From contig OZ245365.1 in the NCBI GenBank assembly GCA_965226495.1, forward strand, positions 3,104,001 through 3,168,000: 64,000 nt of DNA, given 5' to 3'. The notes beneath the pieces were generated by a model. That model was given only the letters and a program-made list of their open reading frames with translations. It made no database searches and was not told the origin of the DNA. The DNA is from Candidatus Marinacidobacterales bacterium (GTDB taxonomy: Bacteria; Acidobacteriota; Vicinamibacteria; Marinacidobacterales; DATDRI01). This document shows, piece after piece, positions 36,649 through 47,480 of this stretch (position 1 is the first letter of the stretch; the number at the start of each line of letters is the position of its first letter). A program made the position numbers and the translations under genes.

Positions 36649-36749
36649 CCTTCATTACGCGACAGGCCCTTCGCGAAAATCTCGCCCGGGCGAGGCTTTT
36701 CCGAGCGAGCTCGCTGCTCCCCCGACGAGTTAGACGGGTTAATTCGGCC

Positions 36750-37763
36750 CTACTCCCCGGGTCGCACCTTCACCGGATCCAAGAACGGAATCATCTCTCG
36801 GAGCTCCGCGCCGACACGCTCGAGGAGCTGTTCTTGCTCATTGGCGCGCGTCTTGTTGAACTCGGGCCGTCCCGCTTTGTTCTCGTCGATCCATCCGCGC
36901 GCGTAGGTCCCATCCTTGATTTCGCAGAGCATCTTTTCCATCTCTTTGATGGTCCCCTCGTTCACGATGCGTGGACCTCCGGTGTAGTCGCCATGCTCGG
37001 CGGTATCGCTGACCGAATAGCGCATGTAGTTCAAGCCGCCGCGGTACATCAAGTCGACGATGAGCTTCAACTCGTGAAGGCACTCGAAATAGGCCACCTC
37101 GGGCTGATAGCCAGCCTTGACCAACGTGTTGAAACCGGCCTTGACCAAAGCGGACACCCCGCCGCACAGCACGGCTTGCTCGCCGAAAAGGTCGGTCTCG
37201 GTCTCCTCCGCAAACGTCGTGACCAAGACGCCGGCCCGCGTGGCACCGAGGGCCTTGGCGTAGGAAAGCGCCTGCGCTTCCGCCTGTCCACTAACGTCTT
37301 GCTCCACCGCCAAGAGTGCCGGTGTCCCCTGCTCCGCCACGTACGTTTCTCGCACCCGGTGTCCCGGAGCCTTGGGAGCGATCATGCTGACGTCGATATT
37401 CTTCGGGGGCGTGATCGTCCCGTACCGAATGTTGAAGCCGTGGCTAAACATCAGGGTGTTGCCCAACTCCAAGTGAGGCTCAATCTCCTCTTCGTAAATT
37501 TTCGGCTGCTTGGTGTCGGGAGCAAGTATCATGACGACGTCGGCCCACTTGGAAGCTTCCGCGACGTCCGTGACTTCGACGCCCTGCTCTTTCGCGACGG
37601 CTCGACGCTTACTATCCGGCCGCAAGGCAACTCGAACCGATACTCCGCTGTCCTGCAGATTCAAGGCGTGAGCATGACCCTGCGACCCATAACCGATGAT
37701 GGCGACTTTTTTCTCTCGGATGAGCGAGAGATCTGCATCTTTATCGTAGAAAATCCTTGCCAT
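36750..37763 (-). CDS. ilvC: Ketol-acid reductoisomerase
   Basis: [15 protein letters not shown]; APKAPGH; [16 protein letters not shown]; SDTAEHG. Confidence 0.97.
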   Translation of the reverse strand: MARIFYDKDADLSLIREKKVAIIGYGSQGHAHALNLQDSGVSVRVALRPDSKRRAVAKEQGVEVTDVAEASKWADVVMILAPDTKQPKIYEEEIEPHLELGNTLMFSHGFNIRYGTITPPKNIDVSMIAPKAPGHRVRETYVAEQGTPALLAVEQDVSGQAEAQALSYAKALGATRAGVLVTTFAEETETDLFGEQAVLCGGVSALVKAGFNTLVKAGYQPEVAYFECLHELKLIVDLMYRGGLNYMRYSVSDTAEHGDYTGGPRIVNEGTIKEMEKMLCEIKDGTYARGWIDENKAGRPEFNKTRANEQEQLLERVGAELREMIPFLDPVKVRPGE

Positions 37764-37786
37764 TAACTTGCTCCTTTTCGAATTCT

Positions 37787-38380
37787 TTAGTTGGTCGCAG
37801 GATGGACATCTTCTTGGGCCGACCCGTTCGGCAGACGCGCATGGACGAAACCGGGTTGGACGCTCGTAGCCTCGGATCCGCGCCGCATCGCAACCGTGCC
37901 GGTGCGCGCCATTTCGATGATACCGAATGGCCGCAGCACATCCAGAAGCCCCTCGATCTTGTCGTCGGTGCCGGTGATCTCCACCATCAGGGCCTCGGTC
38001 GTAACGTCCACGACGCGGGCCCGGAATACCTCGACGATCTGAAGAACCCGCGGACGCTCCTCCGCCGTGGCGTGCACCTTGATGAGCGCGAGGTCCCGCA
38101 TCACCGCCGGGCTGAGGCTCACATCCTCAACCCGCAAAACATTGACCAGCTTGTAGAGGTTCGCCTCGACCAGGCGGGCGGTTTTGGCATCGGCCTCCAT
38201 CACGATGGTCATTCTGGAAACGCCGGATTGATCCGAGTGACCGACGGCCAGCGAGTCGATGTTGAAATTCCGCCGGCGAAACAAAGACACGGCGCGATTG
38301 AGCACACCGGGCTTATCTTCGACATACACCACGAAGGTTCGGAGTGACTTCGGCTTGGCCTGATTCCCATTTGTTGGCAC
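37787..38380 (-). CDS. ilvN: Acetolactate synthase small subunit
   Basis: ACT domain [25 protein letters not shown]; EMARTG; lies between ilvB and ilvC. Confidence 0.95.
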   Translation of the reverse strand: MPTNGNQAKPKSLRTFVVYVEDKPGVLNRAVSLFRRRNFNIDSLAVGHSDQSGVSRMTIVMEADAKTARLVEANLYKLVNVLRVEDVSLSPAVMRDLALIKVHATAEERPRVLQIVEVFRARVVDVTTEALMVEITGTDDKIEGLLDVLRPFGIIEMARTGTVAMRRGSEATSVQPGFVHARLPNGSAQEDVHPATN

Positions 38381-38387
38381 GTTGTCC

Positions 38388-40097
38388 CTACTTTTCTTTT
38401 TCGGCTAGCGGTATTGGCCGGCGGATCATTTTGTGGAGATCGGCCCCCGCCGGAACCATGGGGAAGACAGTGTCTTCCTTCTCCACTTTGAAATCGATGA
38501 CCACCGAGCCAGGCTCCGCGCGGGCTTGCGCGACCACGTCCTTGATCTCCTCGCGTCGTTCCACTCGCAGCCCCGTCAAACCATGAGCTTCGGCGAGCTT
38601 GACGAAGTCAGGGTTTCGCATAGGTGTCGCGCTGTACCTTCCACCGTAGAAAAACTCTTGCCACTGCCGCACGAGACCAAGGTAGCCGTTGTTGATGATC
38701 GCCACGTTGACTTTGACTTCTTCTTGCGCGCAGGTTGAAAATTCCGCGGCGGTCATCTGTATCCCGCCGTCGCCTACGATCGCCCATACTTCCTCGTCGG
38801 GCATGGCCATCTTCGCGCCGATCGCGGCGGGGAGCGCGAAGCCCATCGTCCCGAGCCCACCCGATGTAATGAGCTTTTTCGGGTAATCGTGCTTGTAGTA
38901 TTGAGCTTCCCACATCTGATGCTGCCCGACGTCGGTGACGACGAGCGCCTTTCCTTCGGTATAAACCCAAAGGTCGTTGATGACGTGTGCGGCATAGAGG
39001 TGCCCGCTGTCGGCGAGATGGAGCACGTCGCGCACCGCCGCATCCCCTTTGAGCTCGCTGACCCGTTCGTGCCATTCCGTGCGATCGCGTGAATCTGCGC
39101 CTTCGAGAAAGACTTCGAGTGTCTCTCGTAGATCACCGACGATTCCCACGTCGACCTTGATGTTCTTGTGGATCTCGGACGCGTCGATCTCGACGTGGAT
39201 CTTCCGGGCGTTGACCGCATAAGTCTCGGGGTTGCCGATGACTCGGTCATCGAAACGCATACCGAACGCCAGCAGCAGATCCGCTTCCTGAATCGCGTTA
39301 TTGACCCAGGCTTCTCCGTGCATGCCCATCATGCCGAGACTCAGTGGATGGCTAGCTGGAAATCCGCCCAGGCCCAAGAGCGTCGAGGCAACCGGAATAC
39401 GTGTCTTCTCGACGAATTCCATGAGTACCTGGCCGGCACCGGACATGAGGACTCCGTGTCCTGCGAGAATGATGGGACGCTTCGCGTCATTGATGAGCTC
39501 GATCGATTGTTCGAAGTCTTCCGGGAGAGCACGGAGGTCGGGCCGATAACCCGGCAGTCGAATCGGCGAGTCGTCCCACTCGAAGTCGCAGCTACCCTGT
39601 TGGGCATCTTTGGAGATGTCGACCACCACCGGCCCGGGCCGTCCGGAGTTCGCGATGTACAGCGCCTCTCTCAGGGCACCCGCAATCTCCTCGGTACGTG
39701 TGATCAGGTAACTATGTTTTGTAATGGGAAGCGTGATGCCCGTGAAGTCCACCTCTTGAAAGGCGTCGGTGCCGATCGCTCCGCTCGGAACTTGTCCCGT
39801 GATGCAAAGGATGGGGGATGAATCAAGCCTCGCGGTAGCTATGCCGGTGACGAGGTTCGTGGCCCCCGGACCGGATGTCGCCATGGCCACACCCACCCGT
39901 CCAGAGGCGCGGGCATATCCGTCCGCCATATGAGCCGCGCCCTGCTCGTGTCGGACCAGAACGTGCCGGACGGAATCGGAATAGTCGACGAGGGCGTCAT
40001 AGGCGGGAAGGATGGCCCCCCCCGGATAGCCGAAGACGACCTCTATCCCCTCTCGTTTCAACACTTCCCAGATGATCTGTGCGCCGGTTCGTTGCAT
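38388..40097 (-). CDS. ilvB: Acetolactate synthase large subunit
   Basis: FGYPGGAILP; RHEQGA; TSGPGATN; GMRFDDR; DVGQHQMW; ThDP motif GDGG..NNGYLG. Confidence 0.97.
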   Translation of the reverse strand: MQRTGAQIIWEVLKREGIEVVFGYPGGAILPAYDALVDYSDSVRHVLVRHEQGAAHMADGYARASGRVGVAMATSGPGATNLVTGIATARLDSSPILCITGQVPSGAIGTDAFQEVDFTGITLPITKHSYLITRTEEIAGALREALYIANSGRPGPVVVDISKDAQQGSCDFEWDDSPIRLPGYRPDLRALPEDFEQSIELINDAKRPIILAGHGVLMSGAGQVLMEFVEKTRIPVASTLLGLGGFPASHPLSLGMMGMHGEAWVNNAIQEADLLLAFGMRFDDRVIGNPETYAVNARKIHVEIDASEIHKNIKVDVGIVGDLRETLEVFLEGADSRDRTEWHERVSELKGDAAVRDVLHLADSGHLYAAHVINDLWVYTEGKALVVTDVGQHQMWEAQYYKHDYPKKLITSGGLGTMGFALPAAIGAKMAMPDEEVWAIVGDGGIQMTAAEFSTCAQEEVKVNVAIINNGYLGLVRQWQEFFYGGRYSATPMRNPDFVKLAEAHGLTGLRVERREEIKDVVAQARAEPGSVVIDFKVEKEDTVFPMVPAGADLHKMIRRPIPLAEKEK

Positions 40098-40120
40098 TTT
40101 GGCCGCTGAGCCTTCCCTCA

Positions 40121-40150
40121 GAGATTACCGACCGACCGGTCGGTAATCTC
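40121..40150. promoter_or_regulatory. Perfect 13-bp inverted repeat just upstream of the ilvB RBS
   Basis: gagattaccgacc-gacc-ggtcggtaatctc. Confidence 0.6.
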
Positions 40151-40195
40151 CAATGTAGCGCGACTCGGCCCTGTGGTCAAGTTGGTAGGCGAAGC

Positions 40196-41686
40196 CTAGA
40201 CCAGCCCGAGAAGGGTCAGAATTGAGTAGACCGCATAGCCGGCGTAGAAAAAGCTGGTCAAGACCATCAGCGCTGTCATGATCCGTCCGGGCGTCGCGGC
40301 GGCGGGAAGGAAACGCCGGTTCATCACGACGGTCAATGGACAGTAGATCGCCATCGCGATCCCGCCGGAGAACCCGGTCAAGAACAGGAAGCTCTGAGCC
40401 CGGGTGCTGGTTTCCAATACATAAGTCAGAAAACAACCGAGGAGAATCCAAGTACTCGCGACCACCGCATACCAGAAACCGAGGGGTCGCTTTCGAGCCG
40501 CGGCGAAATTCGTATGGACGATGTCTGACAAGCTACGCGCGACCCCGTCCACCAGAGTAAGTTGAGTGGACAGAAGCGTCGCGACCGCGACGAGCAGGAA
40601 TACGGTGGTGAGGGGCGCAAACACATTTCCCAAGGCGACGGCCTCCAACGCGAGGAAACTGATCTGCTTGCCTTCATAGAAGGCCTGCATTCCTTCCCAC
40701 TCAACGGCGCCCGATTGTGTCAATGGGTAGACCACGGCCAGCGACGCAAAGATGAATAGCAGGAGGGTGAAGCTGTTCAGAAACCAGAAGAAGAGGATCT
40801 GCTCTCGCACCGCATGAAGCCACCAGCGTCGCCACCGACTGCGGTTCTGCGCATCGTCGGGAAAACGATAGCCGGTGAGGGACTCCCGCGGTTCGCGGTC
40901 GCGAAGAATGTTGGTCAAGACCGGGATGCGCGCCCCCATCCCCATGTTCTTGTCGCGTAGGTAGAAACAGAAAAAAAGATTCGCCGTCCCTCCGGCGCCC
41001 GCGAACACGATCCAGCTAAAGAACTGGGGGTAGCTCACGGCCGGTTCTTTGTGCCCCAAGTTGACGGCTCCCTTCGCGACGGCGAGCCAAAGGTCACTTC
41101 TACCGAGCAGCACCGCGAGGATCACCAACCCGACGACCGCAACGACGATCATTAACGCAGTCCATCGCTCTACCGATCGGTAGATCACCTTGGGCCCGAA
41201 CAGCATGAGCGCCACAACGAAGAAGGTGAGGGCCGTCCACACCCAATCCGGCCCCCCTTCCATCGGCGTAACCTGCGGGCCGAGCACCAGGGCACGAAGC
41301 GCTTCCCCACAACTTCGGGCCCAACCGGGTAAGAGCCATGACGTGACGTTGAGGAGCACGAACACCGATGCAAAGCCCCGCCACAGTCGAGCATAACCGG
41401 TGTAGGCGGTCTCGCCGGTGGCCAGCGCGTAACGCGCCACCTCGAGGTTGATGACCATTTGGAAGAGAATCCCGAGACCGGCCGCCCATATCATGCCGGT
41501 ACCGTAACGCCCGACCGCGGTCGGCCAAATGATCAGCTCGCCCGCACCGATAGATAGGCCCACCAAGACCGTGCCCGGCCCAACCAGTCGCCAGAAATTG
41601 CCTGGATAAGAAGGTAGTTCGGCGGACGCTAGGGCCGGAAGATGGGATCCATTGCATCGTCGTTGCTTAACACTGTCGTCCTGCAT
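40196..41686 (-). CDS. NRAMP-family (APC-fold) transporter, substrate unknown
   Basis: About 11 hydrophobic segments; GPGTVLVGLSIGAGELIIWP; RYALATGE. Confidence 0.8.
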   Translation of the reverse strand: MQDDSVKQRRCNGSHLPALASAELPSYPGNFWRLVGPGTVLVGLSIGAGELIIWPTAVGRYGTGMIWAAGLGILFQMVINLEVARYALATGETAYTGYARLWRGFASVFVLLNVTSWLLPGWARSCGEALRALVLGPQVTPMEGGPDWVWTALTFFVVALMLFGPKVIYRSVERWTALMIVVAVVGLVILAVLLGRSDLWLAVAKGAVNLGHKEPAVSYPQFFSWIVFAGAGGTANLFFCFYLRDKNMGMGARIPVLTNILRDREPRESLTGYRFPDDAQNRSRWRRWWLHAVREQILFFWFLNSFTLLLFIFASLAVVYPLTQSGAVEWEGMQAFYEGKQISFLALEAVALGNVFAPLTTVFLLVAVATLLSTQLTLVDGVARSLSDIVHTNFAAARKRPLGFWYAVVASTWILLGCFLTYVLETSTRAQSFLFLTGFSGGIAMAIYCPLTVVMNRRFLPAAATPGRIMTALMVLTSFFYAGYAVYSILTLLGLV

Positions 41687-41807
41687 GCTTCTCCGATTTG
41701 AAAACGCAGACTATCGGCTGGCTCGGACGTAATCAAACGTTCGGCAGCACGAACGCCCCTCCAACAACGACACCGTGATGTTATACTCCGACGAGAACGG
41801 AGACAAC

Positions 41808-43469
41808 ATGCGTAGCGATGCGATAAAGAAAGGACTTTCCCGTGCGCCTGCCCGGGCGATGCTCAAAGCCACCGGCCTCACCGACGAGGACTTGGCACGA
41901 CCGCTCGTCGCCGTCGCCAATACTTGGACCGAAGTAACACCTTGCAACTTTCATCTGCGTCGGCTCGCCGAAAAAGTGAAGGAGGGTGTTCGCTCCGCCG
42001 GGGGCACTCCGATCGAGTTCAATACCATCACCGTTTCGGATGGGATCGCGATGGGCACGGAAGGAATGAAGGCCTCTCTGGTTTCGAGAGAAGTTGTCGC
42101 CGACTCCATAGAGCTCGTGGTAAACGGACACCTCTTCGATGCGGTCGTCGCCATCTCTGGATGCGACAAAACCATCCCCGGGACGGTCATGGCCTTGGCT
42201 CGCTTGGACCTTCCCTCCCTAATGCTTTACGGGGGCTCCATCCTCCCGGGGAGTTTTCAAGGGAGAGACGTCACAATCCAAGATGTCTTCGAAGCCGTTG
42301 GAGCCTGTGCTGCTGGCCGAATGACAGAGGCCGATCTCCACGAGCTCGAGGACCATGCTTGTCCTGGCGCGGGCGCTTGTGGCGGTCAATTCACGGCCAA
42401 TACGATGTCCACCGCCATGACGATGCTCGGTATCTCGCCGATGGGGGTGAACGACATCGCGGCGGTGGCGAAGAAAAAAAACGTTGCCGCCTTCCGGTGC
42501 GGCGAGCTGGTCATGGCGCTTCTGGAAAAAGACGTCCGCCCCAGCCAAATCATCACCCGTCCCGCGATCGAGAACGCCATCGCGTCGGTTGCTGCCACCG
42601 GCGGCTCGACCAACGCAGTACTTCATCTTCTGGCAATCGCTCGGGAAGCAGGGGTGCCTCTCAACTTAGAGGACTTCGATACGATCGCGGCCAAGACACC
42701 GGTCATCGCAGACCTCAAACCCGGCGGACGATTTACCGCCCCCGATCTCGAGCGAGCCGGCGGCCTGCGACTTCTGGCGCAGCGCATGATGGATGGAGGC
42801 TTCTTGACCGATCAACCTACGGTCAGCGGCCGCACACTCTTCGTGGAAGCGAAGAGTGCAGAAGAAACGGCGGGGCAAACCGTCATAAGCTCGCTGGATA
42901 AACCACTGAAAGCGTCAGGCGGTTTCGCGATCTTACGCGGGTCGCTCGCCCCTGAAGGGTGCGTGGTCAAGCTCGCCGGGCACGAACGAGTGCAGCACGA
43001 AGGACCGGCACGTGTCTTCGAGCGCGAAGAAGACGCCTTTGAGGCCTTGCAGAGCGGTGGGATCCAGCCCGGTGATGTCATGGTGATTCGCTACGAAGGC
43101 CCCAAAGGCGGTCCGGGTATGCGAGAGATGCTTGCCGTGACCGCCGCACTGGTTGGACAAGGGCTAGGAGACTCGGTAGCACTCGTCACTGACGGCCGCT
43201 TCAGTGGCGCTACACACGGCCTCATGGTTGGGCACGTCGCGCCGGAAGCTGCAGTGGGTGGACCCATTGCCTTCGTGCAGGACGGCGATACGATCCGGTT
43301 CGATATCAAGGGACGCCGTCTCGACGTCGAGGCGAATTTGGAAGAGCGTCGTGCCGGGTGGAAACCACCTTCGGCGGAAAAGCAAAAAGGCGTGATGGCC
43401 AAATACGCACGACTCGTCTCGTCGGCTTCGGACGGTGCGGTCACGACCGCGTTCCCCATTGAGCGCTAA
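41808..43469 (+). CDS. ilvD: Dihydroxy-acid dehydratase
   Basis: TPCN; SDGI; GCDKTIPG; [12 protein letters not shown]; GGSTN; [12 protein letters not shown]; TDGRFSG. The ATG at 41808 follows a GGAG RBS. Confidence 0.97.
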   Translation: MRSDAIKKGLSRAPARAMLKATGLTDEDLARPLVAVANTWTEVTPCNFHLRRLAEKVKEGVRSAGGTPIEFNTITVSDGIAMGTEGMKASLVSREVVADSIELVVNGHLFDAVVAISGCDKTIPGTVMALARLDLPSLMLYGGSILPGSFQGRDVTIQDVFEAVGACAAGRMTEADLHELEDHACPGAGACGGQFTANTMSTAMTMLGISPMGVNDIAAVAKKKNVAAFRCGELVMALLEKDVRPSQIITRPAIENAIASVAATGGSTNAVLHLLAIAREAGVPLNLEDFDTIAAKTPVIADLKPGGRFTAPDLERAGGLRLLAQRMMDGGFLTDQPTVSGRTLFVEAKSAEETAGQTVISSLDKPLKASGGFAILRGSLAPEGCVVKLAGHERVQHEGPARVFEREEDAFEALQSGGIQPGDVMVIRYEGPKGGPGMREMLAVTAALVGQGLGDSVALVTDGRFSGATHGLMVGHVAPEAAVGGPIAFVQDGDTIRFDIKGRRLDVEANLEERRAGWKPPSAEKQKGVMAKYARLVSSASDGAVTTAFPIER

Positions 43470-43945
43470 CGGATCCGGCGGTTGAAGGCCACCTGATCGG
43501 CACCCAAAAGAACATCGTAGTTGGACATGACTTCTCTCCTCAATCCTTCGGCTCACTCGTGCTCTGGCAACAACAACTCCATCGGCGAGACGCGGGGACA
43601 CCAGGGATCCGGCGTAGACGATCAAGCTCCCCTAGTCTGCGACGAGCTTGTAGGCCGGTATAACCCATGCCCTCTCGGACCGAGACCGGTCGGAGATCCT
43701 GCTCGTTCGAACGCGGAGATAGGCGGCGCGTGCACCCGTACGATCAGGAACTTGCGCGTAATGTAGACGATGTTGCAAGAGCAATTTGTGACCTCGCTCA
43801 CCGTACCGATCGATTGTGAGTTTCGGTCGAAGACTCCACGATCCGCGAGAGGCTCTCGGAAAAAATCTCTACCTGAATAACCTGTTTCAGCCATCGAGAG
43901 ATGGCGAAAGTTACACTGGAGCCTGGGAGGTGGGTGCGGGTGCGA

Positions 43946-44899
43946 CTACCGGCCGAACCTCTTCATGATCTCGAGGAAAAGGATGCTCTGCTCGTCGCCC
44001 AGGGCCAGCGCCGTGTCCGCGTGATCGTGATCCTCGAGTATCAGAAAGTCTGCCTGCGAGCCCATCTCCTTCAGCCGTATCACGAATAGCTGAGGCGAAT
44101 CATGAAGTATCGCCTCCCCCGTTCCCGCGGAGAAGAATACGACCGGGGGCGCAGTGTCGATGTTCTGGAGGGGATCGGCTTCTTGACGAAGCGCGGGATC
44201 GGCAACGTAGGCGTTACCTTCCGCCTTTCTTATCGCGTAAACTCCGCCACCAAGAGCCGCCTCGGGGTCCCCGACGACGATGGACGTGCTGACGGGTGCG
44301 CAACCTTTGATGAGATCCGGAGGTAGCCCCTCTTCTTTGAGCCAACCTCCCCTCACGCAGACTTCCGCGGCCAATATTCCCCCCGCCGAATGCCCACCGA
44401 CATAGATCTGCTCCGGGTCGCCTCCATAGTTAGCAATGTTCCGATACAACCAGGACAATGCCGCCCGAATGTCTTCGGGTTGACTCGGATAATAGAAGCC
44501 CTGGGGAGTTAGTCGATAGCTGGTGACGGCGGTGACGAAGCCGCGCTTGGCGAACGGTCCAGCGACATAGCCGTAATGGCTGCGATCACCTTCTCGAAAA
44601 CCTCCCCCGTGAATGAACAAGAATACCGGCGCCTTAGTGGGTTTCTCTTCGGGGAAGTACAAGTCGAGCTTCTGTTTCTCGTGCTCTCCAAAGGCGATAT
44701 CGAGCTTGTGCGGCAGCTTCTTTTTCGCTTTCGCGGTCCAGTCGTCGAGGGTGTCATAGAAGGCGATCCAGTCGATCTCGAACGTGCCGGCGTTCTGGAC
44801 CGTGTAGTACTGCGTCTTGTCTTGCGCAACTCCGGGTAAAGAAGTCAGAAGCACGCCACAAAACGAGAGAATCTTCGCGAGCGGTTTCGGATTCAGCAT
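43946..44899 (-). CDS. Secreted alpha/beta hydrolase (HSL/arylformamidase-like)
   Basis: Signal peptide; FIHGGGF; GHSAGG nucleophile motif; HDH. Confidence 0.88.
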   Translation of the reverse strand: MLNPKPLAKILSFCGVLLTSLPGVAQDKTQYYTVQNAGTFEIDWIAFYDTLDDWTAKAKKKLPHKLDIAFGEHEKQKLDLYFPEEKPTKAPVFLFIHGGGFREGDRSHYGYVAGPFAKRGFVTAVTSYRLTPQGFYYPSQPEDIRAALSWLYRNIANYGGDPEQIYVGGHSAGGILAAEVCVRGGWLKEEGLPPDLIKGCAPVSTSIVVGDPEAALGGGVYAIRKAEGNAYVADPALRQEADPLQNIDTAPPVVFFSAGTGEAILHDSPQLFVIRLKEMGSQADFLILEDHDHADTALALGDEQSILFLEIMKRFGR

Positions 44900-44920
44900 T
44901 TTCGTTCCCTCCGGTGGAAC

Positions 44921-45667
44921 CTAGCGGATCACCTTGCCCTTGGAGCTCACACGGAAAGGCTCGGGCAACACCGCCTCGACCTTTTTCCGGAATCCCGTTA
45001 CTTCCCAGCCGAGTCGCTCCAAGGTCTCGGTGATGCGGGTCTGAACGCGAACAGAGTCGTCTTGGTCGCTCACCAGGGCATCCAATAGTGGCTCCCGCGC
45101 ACGTTCGTCGGCATGGACCTCGAGACACTCGACCGCAGCGAGCCGCACCGTGTCATCCGGACTCTTGAGGCACGGGATCACCCCTTCCACGACCCCCTCA
45201 ACAGGCATCGACTCGAGCGCCTTGATGATCTGGGTAGCTTTCTCTCCTCGAATGCGAACCGTATCGCCCTGAAAAAGGATCTCGAGGAGAAAAGGAAGGA
45301 CGTCTTCATCGGGACGGAGCGTGCTAAGAGCGTCAATCGCCCACGTCACTTGGTCGTGGCGACGAAGATAAAGTTTCAGTGGTTCGACCGCTTCTTGGCC
45401 GAAACCGACGAGCACATCGCGGACGTAACGCTTTTCGTCCTGATCGATGCCCAGGTTCTCAGTGGTCGCCGAGAAACGGCGCGCCAAAGAATAGATCGCC
45501 TCAGGGGTGCCGATGGATTTTAGCTTATCGACCGCTTCCAAACGCGCTTCATTTTGTGCGTACCGCTCGAGGAGCGTCTTGGTGCTGCGATTGATCCGTA
45601 GGTTGAGCCTTCCCTCCGCGCTTGTCAAATCTTTGAGCACGGAGAAGGCTGTTTCTAGTATGGACAT
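44921..45667 (-). CDS. HEAT-repeat protein
   Basis: RLEAVDKLKSIG; LKSPDDTVRLAAVECL; REPLLDAL..SVRVQ. Confidence 0.75.
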   Translation of the reverse strand: MSILETAFSVLKDLTSAEGRLNLRINRSTKTLLERYAQNEARLEAVDKLKSIGTPEAIYSLARRFSATTENLGIDQDEKRYVRDVLVGFGQEAVEPLKLYLRRHDQVTWAIDALSTLRPDEDVLPFLLEILFQGDTVRIRGEKATQIIKALESMPVEGVVEGVIPCLKSPDDTVRLAAVECLEVHADERAREPLLDALVSDQDDSVRVQTRITETLERLGWEVTGFRKKVEAVLPEPFRVSSKGKVIR

Positions 45668-45689
45668 GACTGTTTATAGCATTAATTAG

Positions 45690-46082
45690 TGGTCGTTCGT
45701 CTCTTCGACTCACTCCCGGGCCTCGCTCTTCGCTCGGCCCTAAAGCCACGGCCGGGTTCCCTTGCGTATCAGACTGACCTAGCAATTCCTCCCGGCCGAC
45801 CGGCCTCCGGCCCGGTGCTGGTCGTTCGTCTCTTCGACTCACTCCCGGGCCTCGCTCTTCAATAAATGGCGCGGGGCCCCACCCCCACGCCTCATGCTCC
45901 GTCGCTGGCGCGACTGCGCATGGGCTCAGGCTGCGCTCGGGCTCAACGCCACGGCCGCGTTCCCTTGCGTATCAGACTGACCTAGCAATTCCTCCCGGCC
46001 GACCGGCCTCCGGCCCGGTGCTGGTCGTTCGTCTCTTCGACTCGGGCTTCCATTAGTCGCCTGGGGCCCCACCCCCAGGCGA
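45690..46082. repeat. Modular REP/BIME-like intergenic repeat mosaic
   Basis: tggtcgttcgtctcttcgactc x3 (45690, 45819, 46022); ~74-bp unit x2 (45745, 45948); actcccgggcctcgctcttc x2; ggggccccaccccca x2. Confidence 0.85.
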
Positions 46083-46140
46083 GTCACTCCGGTGGCAAGC
46101 ACCTGCGTGACAGCTGAGAGCTGAGCCTCGCGCCTGATGG

Positions 46141-47385
46141 CTAGAGAGTCAAATCAGCCGGCGCGCCCCCCAAGGCCGCGTCGAAGAAGTCCAGGACTCG
46201 ATTCCAGAAGATGCCCGGGGGAGGGTAGTTGTCGAAACCATGTTCGCCGCCCGGCAACAACCATAGCTCGCTTGGAAGGCCGGCATCGCGGCGTAAAGCA
46301 TCGAGACGCTCGGAGTGATAGGGCGGAAACAGATCGTCGGCGTCGCCGTGGATGAACAACACCGGGGCACGAATCTCGGCTATGGCGTCGGCGGGGCGGA
46401 TGTTCATTAGATCGATGCCGGCGCGCCAACGAAGCGCCACGCTGAGCGGATAGCGAAGCCAGGTGCTCACCCCTCGCAAGCTCAACATCTCCCCGGCGGC
46501 AGCCCAAAGGTCCGAATAAGGCGCATCGAGTGCCAACGCGGCGAGCGCGGGATCCTGGGCCGCGGCAAAGATGGCAGATGCCGCACCGTTCGAGGTTCCA
46601 AAGACCACCACCGCATCTGGCCGGACCGATTCCTGCTGGCGGACCCACTTCGTCATGCTGGCGACATCGAGGCGCTCGTTCACGGTATAGGTCACGAAAT
46701 CACCTTCGCTCGCTCCTCGGCCGCTCAAATCCATGGCAAGAAGACCGTATCCGCGACGATACCAGTGCGTCGCACCTTCCAATCCTTGGAACCGAGATGA
46801 TTTCGCGCCATGCACGAAGACGCCGACTCGCCCATCGCTTCCTTCCGGTGGCGGGATGAACCAACCTTGGAGCTTGAAGCCGCTGGCCGAAGCAACCTCG
46901 ACATCCTCGTAGGGAAGCCCAAGGTCCCCCGGGTTTCGGAGAAACGGTTTGAGCACTAACTGAACGTCCCGGGAGGCCCCTCCCTCTCTTTCCACGATCA
47001 ACCTCACGGCATCGCCCGCCTCGTAGTCGGTGACGAACAAACTGTGAAGCTCCCTGCCGTCCAAGACACTAAGAGGTTTGCCATCGAGGCGAGTGATCAC
47101 ATCGCCGGAACGCAATCCGATCTCCCGTCCCGACTCCCAAGGTCGGAGGATCTGCAAGCCTTCGGGATTCTCCGAACGTTTAGTCCAACCCAAAAAAGCG
47201 GAGCCGGGCACCGGCCCCCCGTCCCGGACGGGATTGCCGAAGAAGTCCCGACCCGGAACACGGCGCTGCCCCGTGAGATACGAGAGCGCCATTCGATCTA
47301 CAGTGTAGACACCGAATCCAAGGAGACCCACCAGCAAAACGGTGAGCAATCTCCAGACCCAACGGCGTTTCCGGCTCAATAACAT
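46141..47385 (-). CDS. Membrane-anchored PDZ-domain alpha/beta hydrolase
   Basis: N-terminal TM; PDZ GLRSGDVITRLDG; FVHG; GTSNG nucleophile; IHGDAD; GGEH. Confidence 0.82.
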   Translation of the reverse strand: MLLSRKRRWVWRLLTVLLVGLLGFGVYTVDRMALSYLTGQRRVPGRDFFGNPVRDGGPVPGSAFLGWTKRSENPEGLQILRPWESGREIGLRSGDVITRLDGKPLSVLDGRELHSLFVTDYEAGDAVRLIVEREGGASRDVQLVLKPFLRNPGDLGLPYEDVEVASASGFKLQGWFIPPPEGSDGRVGVFVHGAKSSRFQGLEGATHWYRRGYGLLAMDLSGRGASEGDFVTYTVNERLDVASMTKWVRQQESVRPDAVVVFGTSNGAASAIFAAAQDPALAALALDAPYSDLWAAAGEMLSLRGVSTWLRYPLSVALRWRAGIDLMNIRPADAIAEIRAPVLFIHGDADDLFPPYHSERLDALRRDAGLPSELWLLPGGEHGFDNYPPPGIFWNRVLDFFDAALGGAPADLTL

Positions 47386-47480
47386 TCCTCTTTACAAACT
47401 GACCAGTTCACAGAGCATCATAGCCATCGGGCGACCACGGAGCAAAGTGGCAAGACTGTGCTACATTAGCCCTTCGCTCG

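Noticed and set aside
36681-36694. Terminator between the aminotransferases and ilvC
   Set aside because: The palindrome ctcgcccgggcgag is real, but it has no proper loop and only short T/A tracts.
43470-43945. Small ORFs between ilvD and the hydrolase
   Set aside because: No recognisable motif or clear coding signal; left unexplained.
45690-46082. CRISPR array
   Set aside because: The intervening sequences are long, unequal and themselves repeated, and there are no cas genes.
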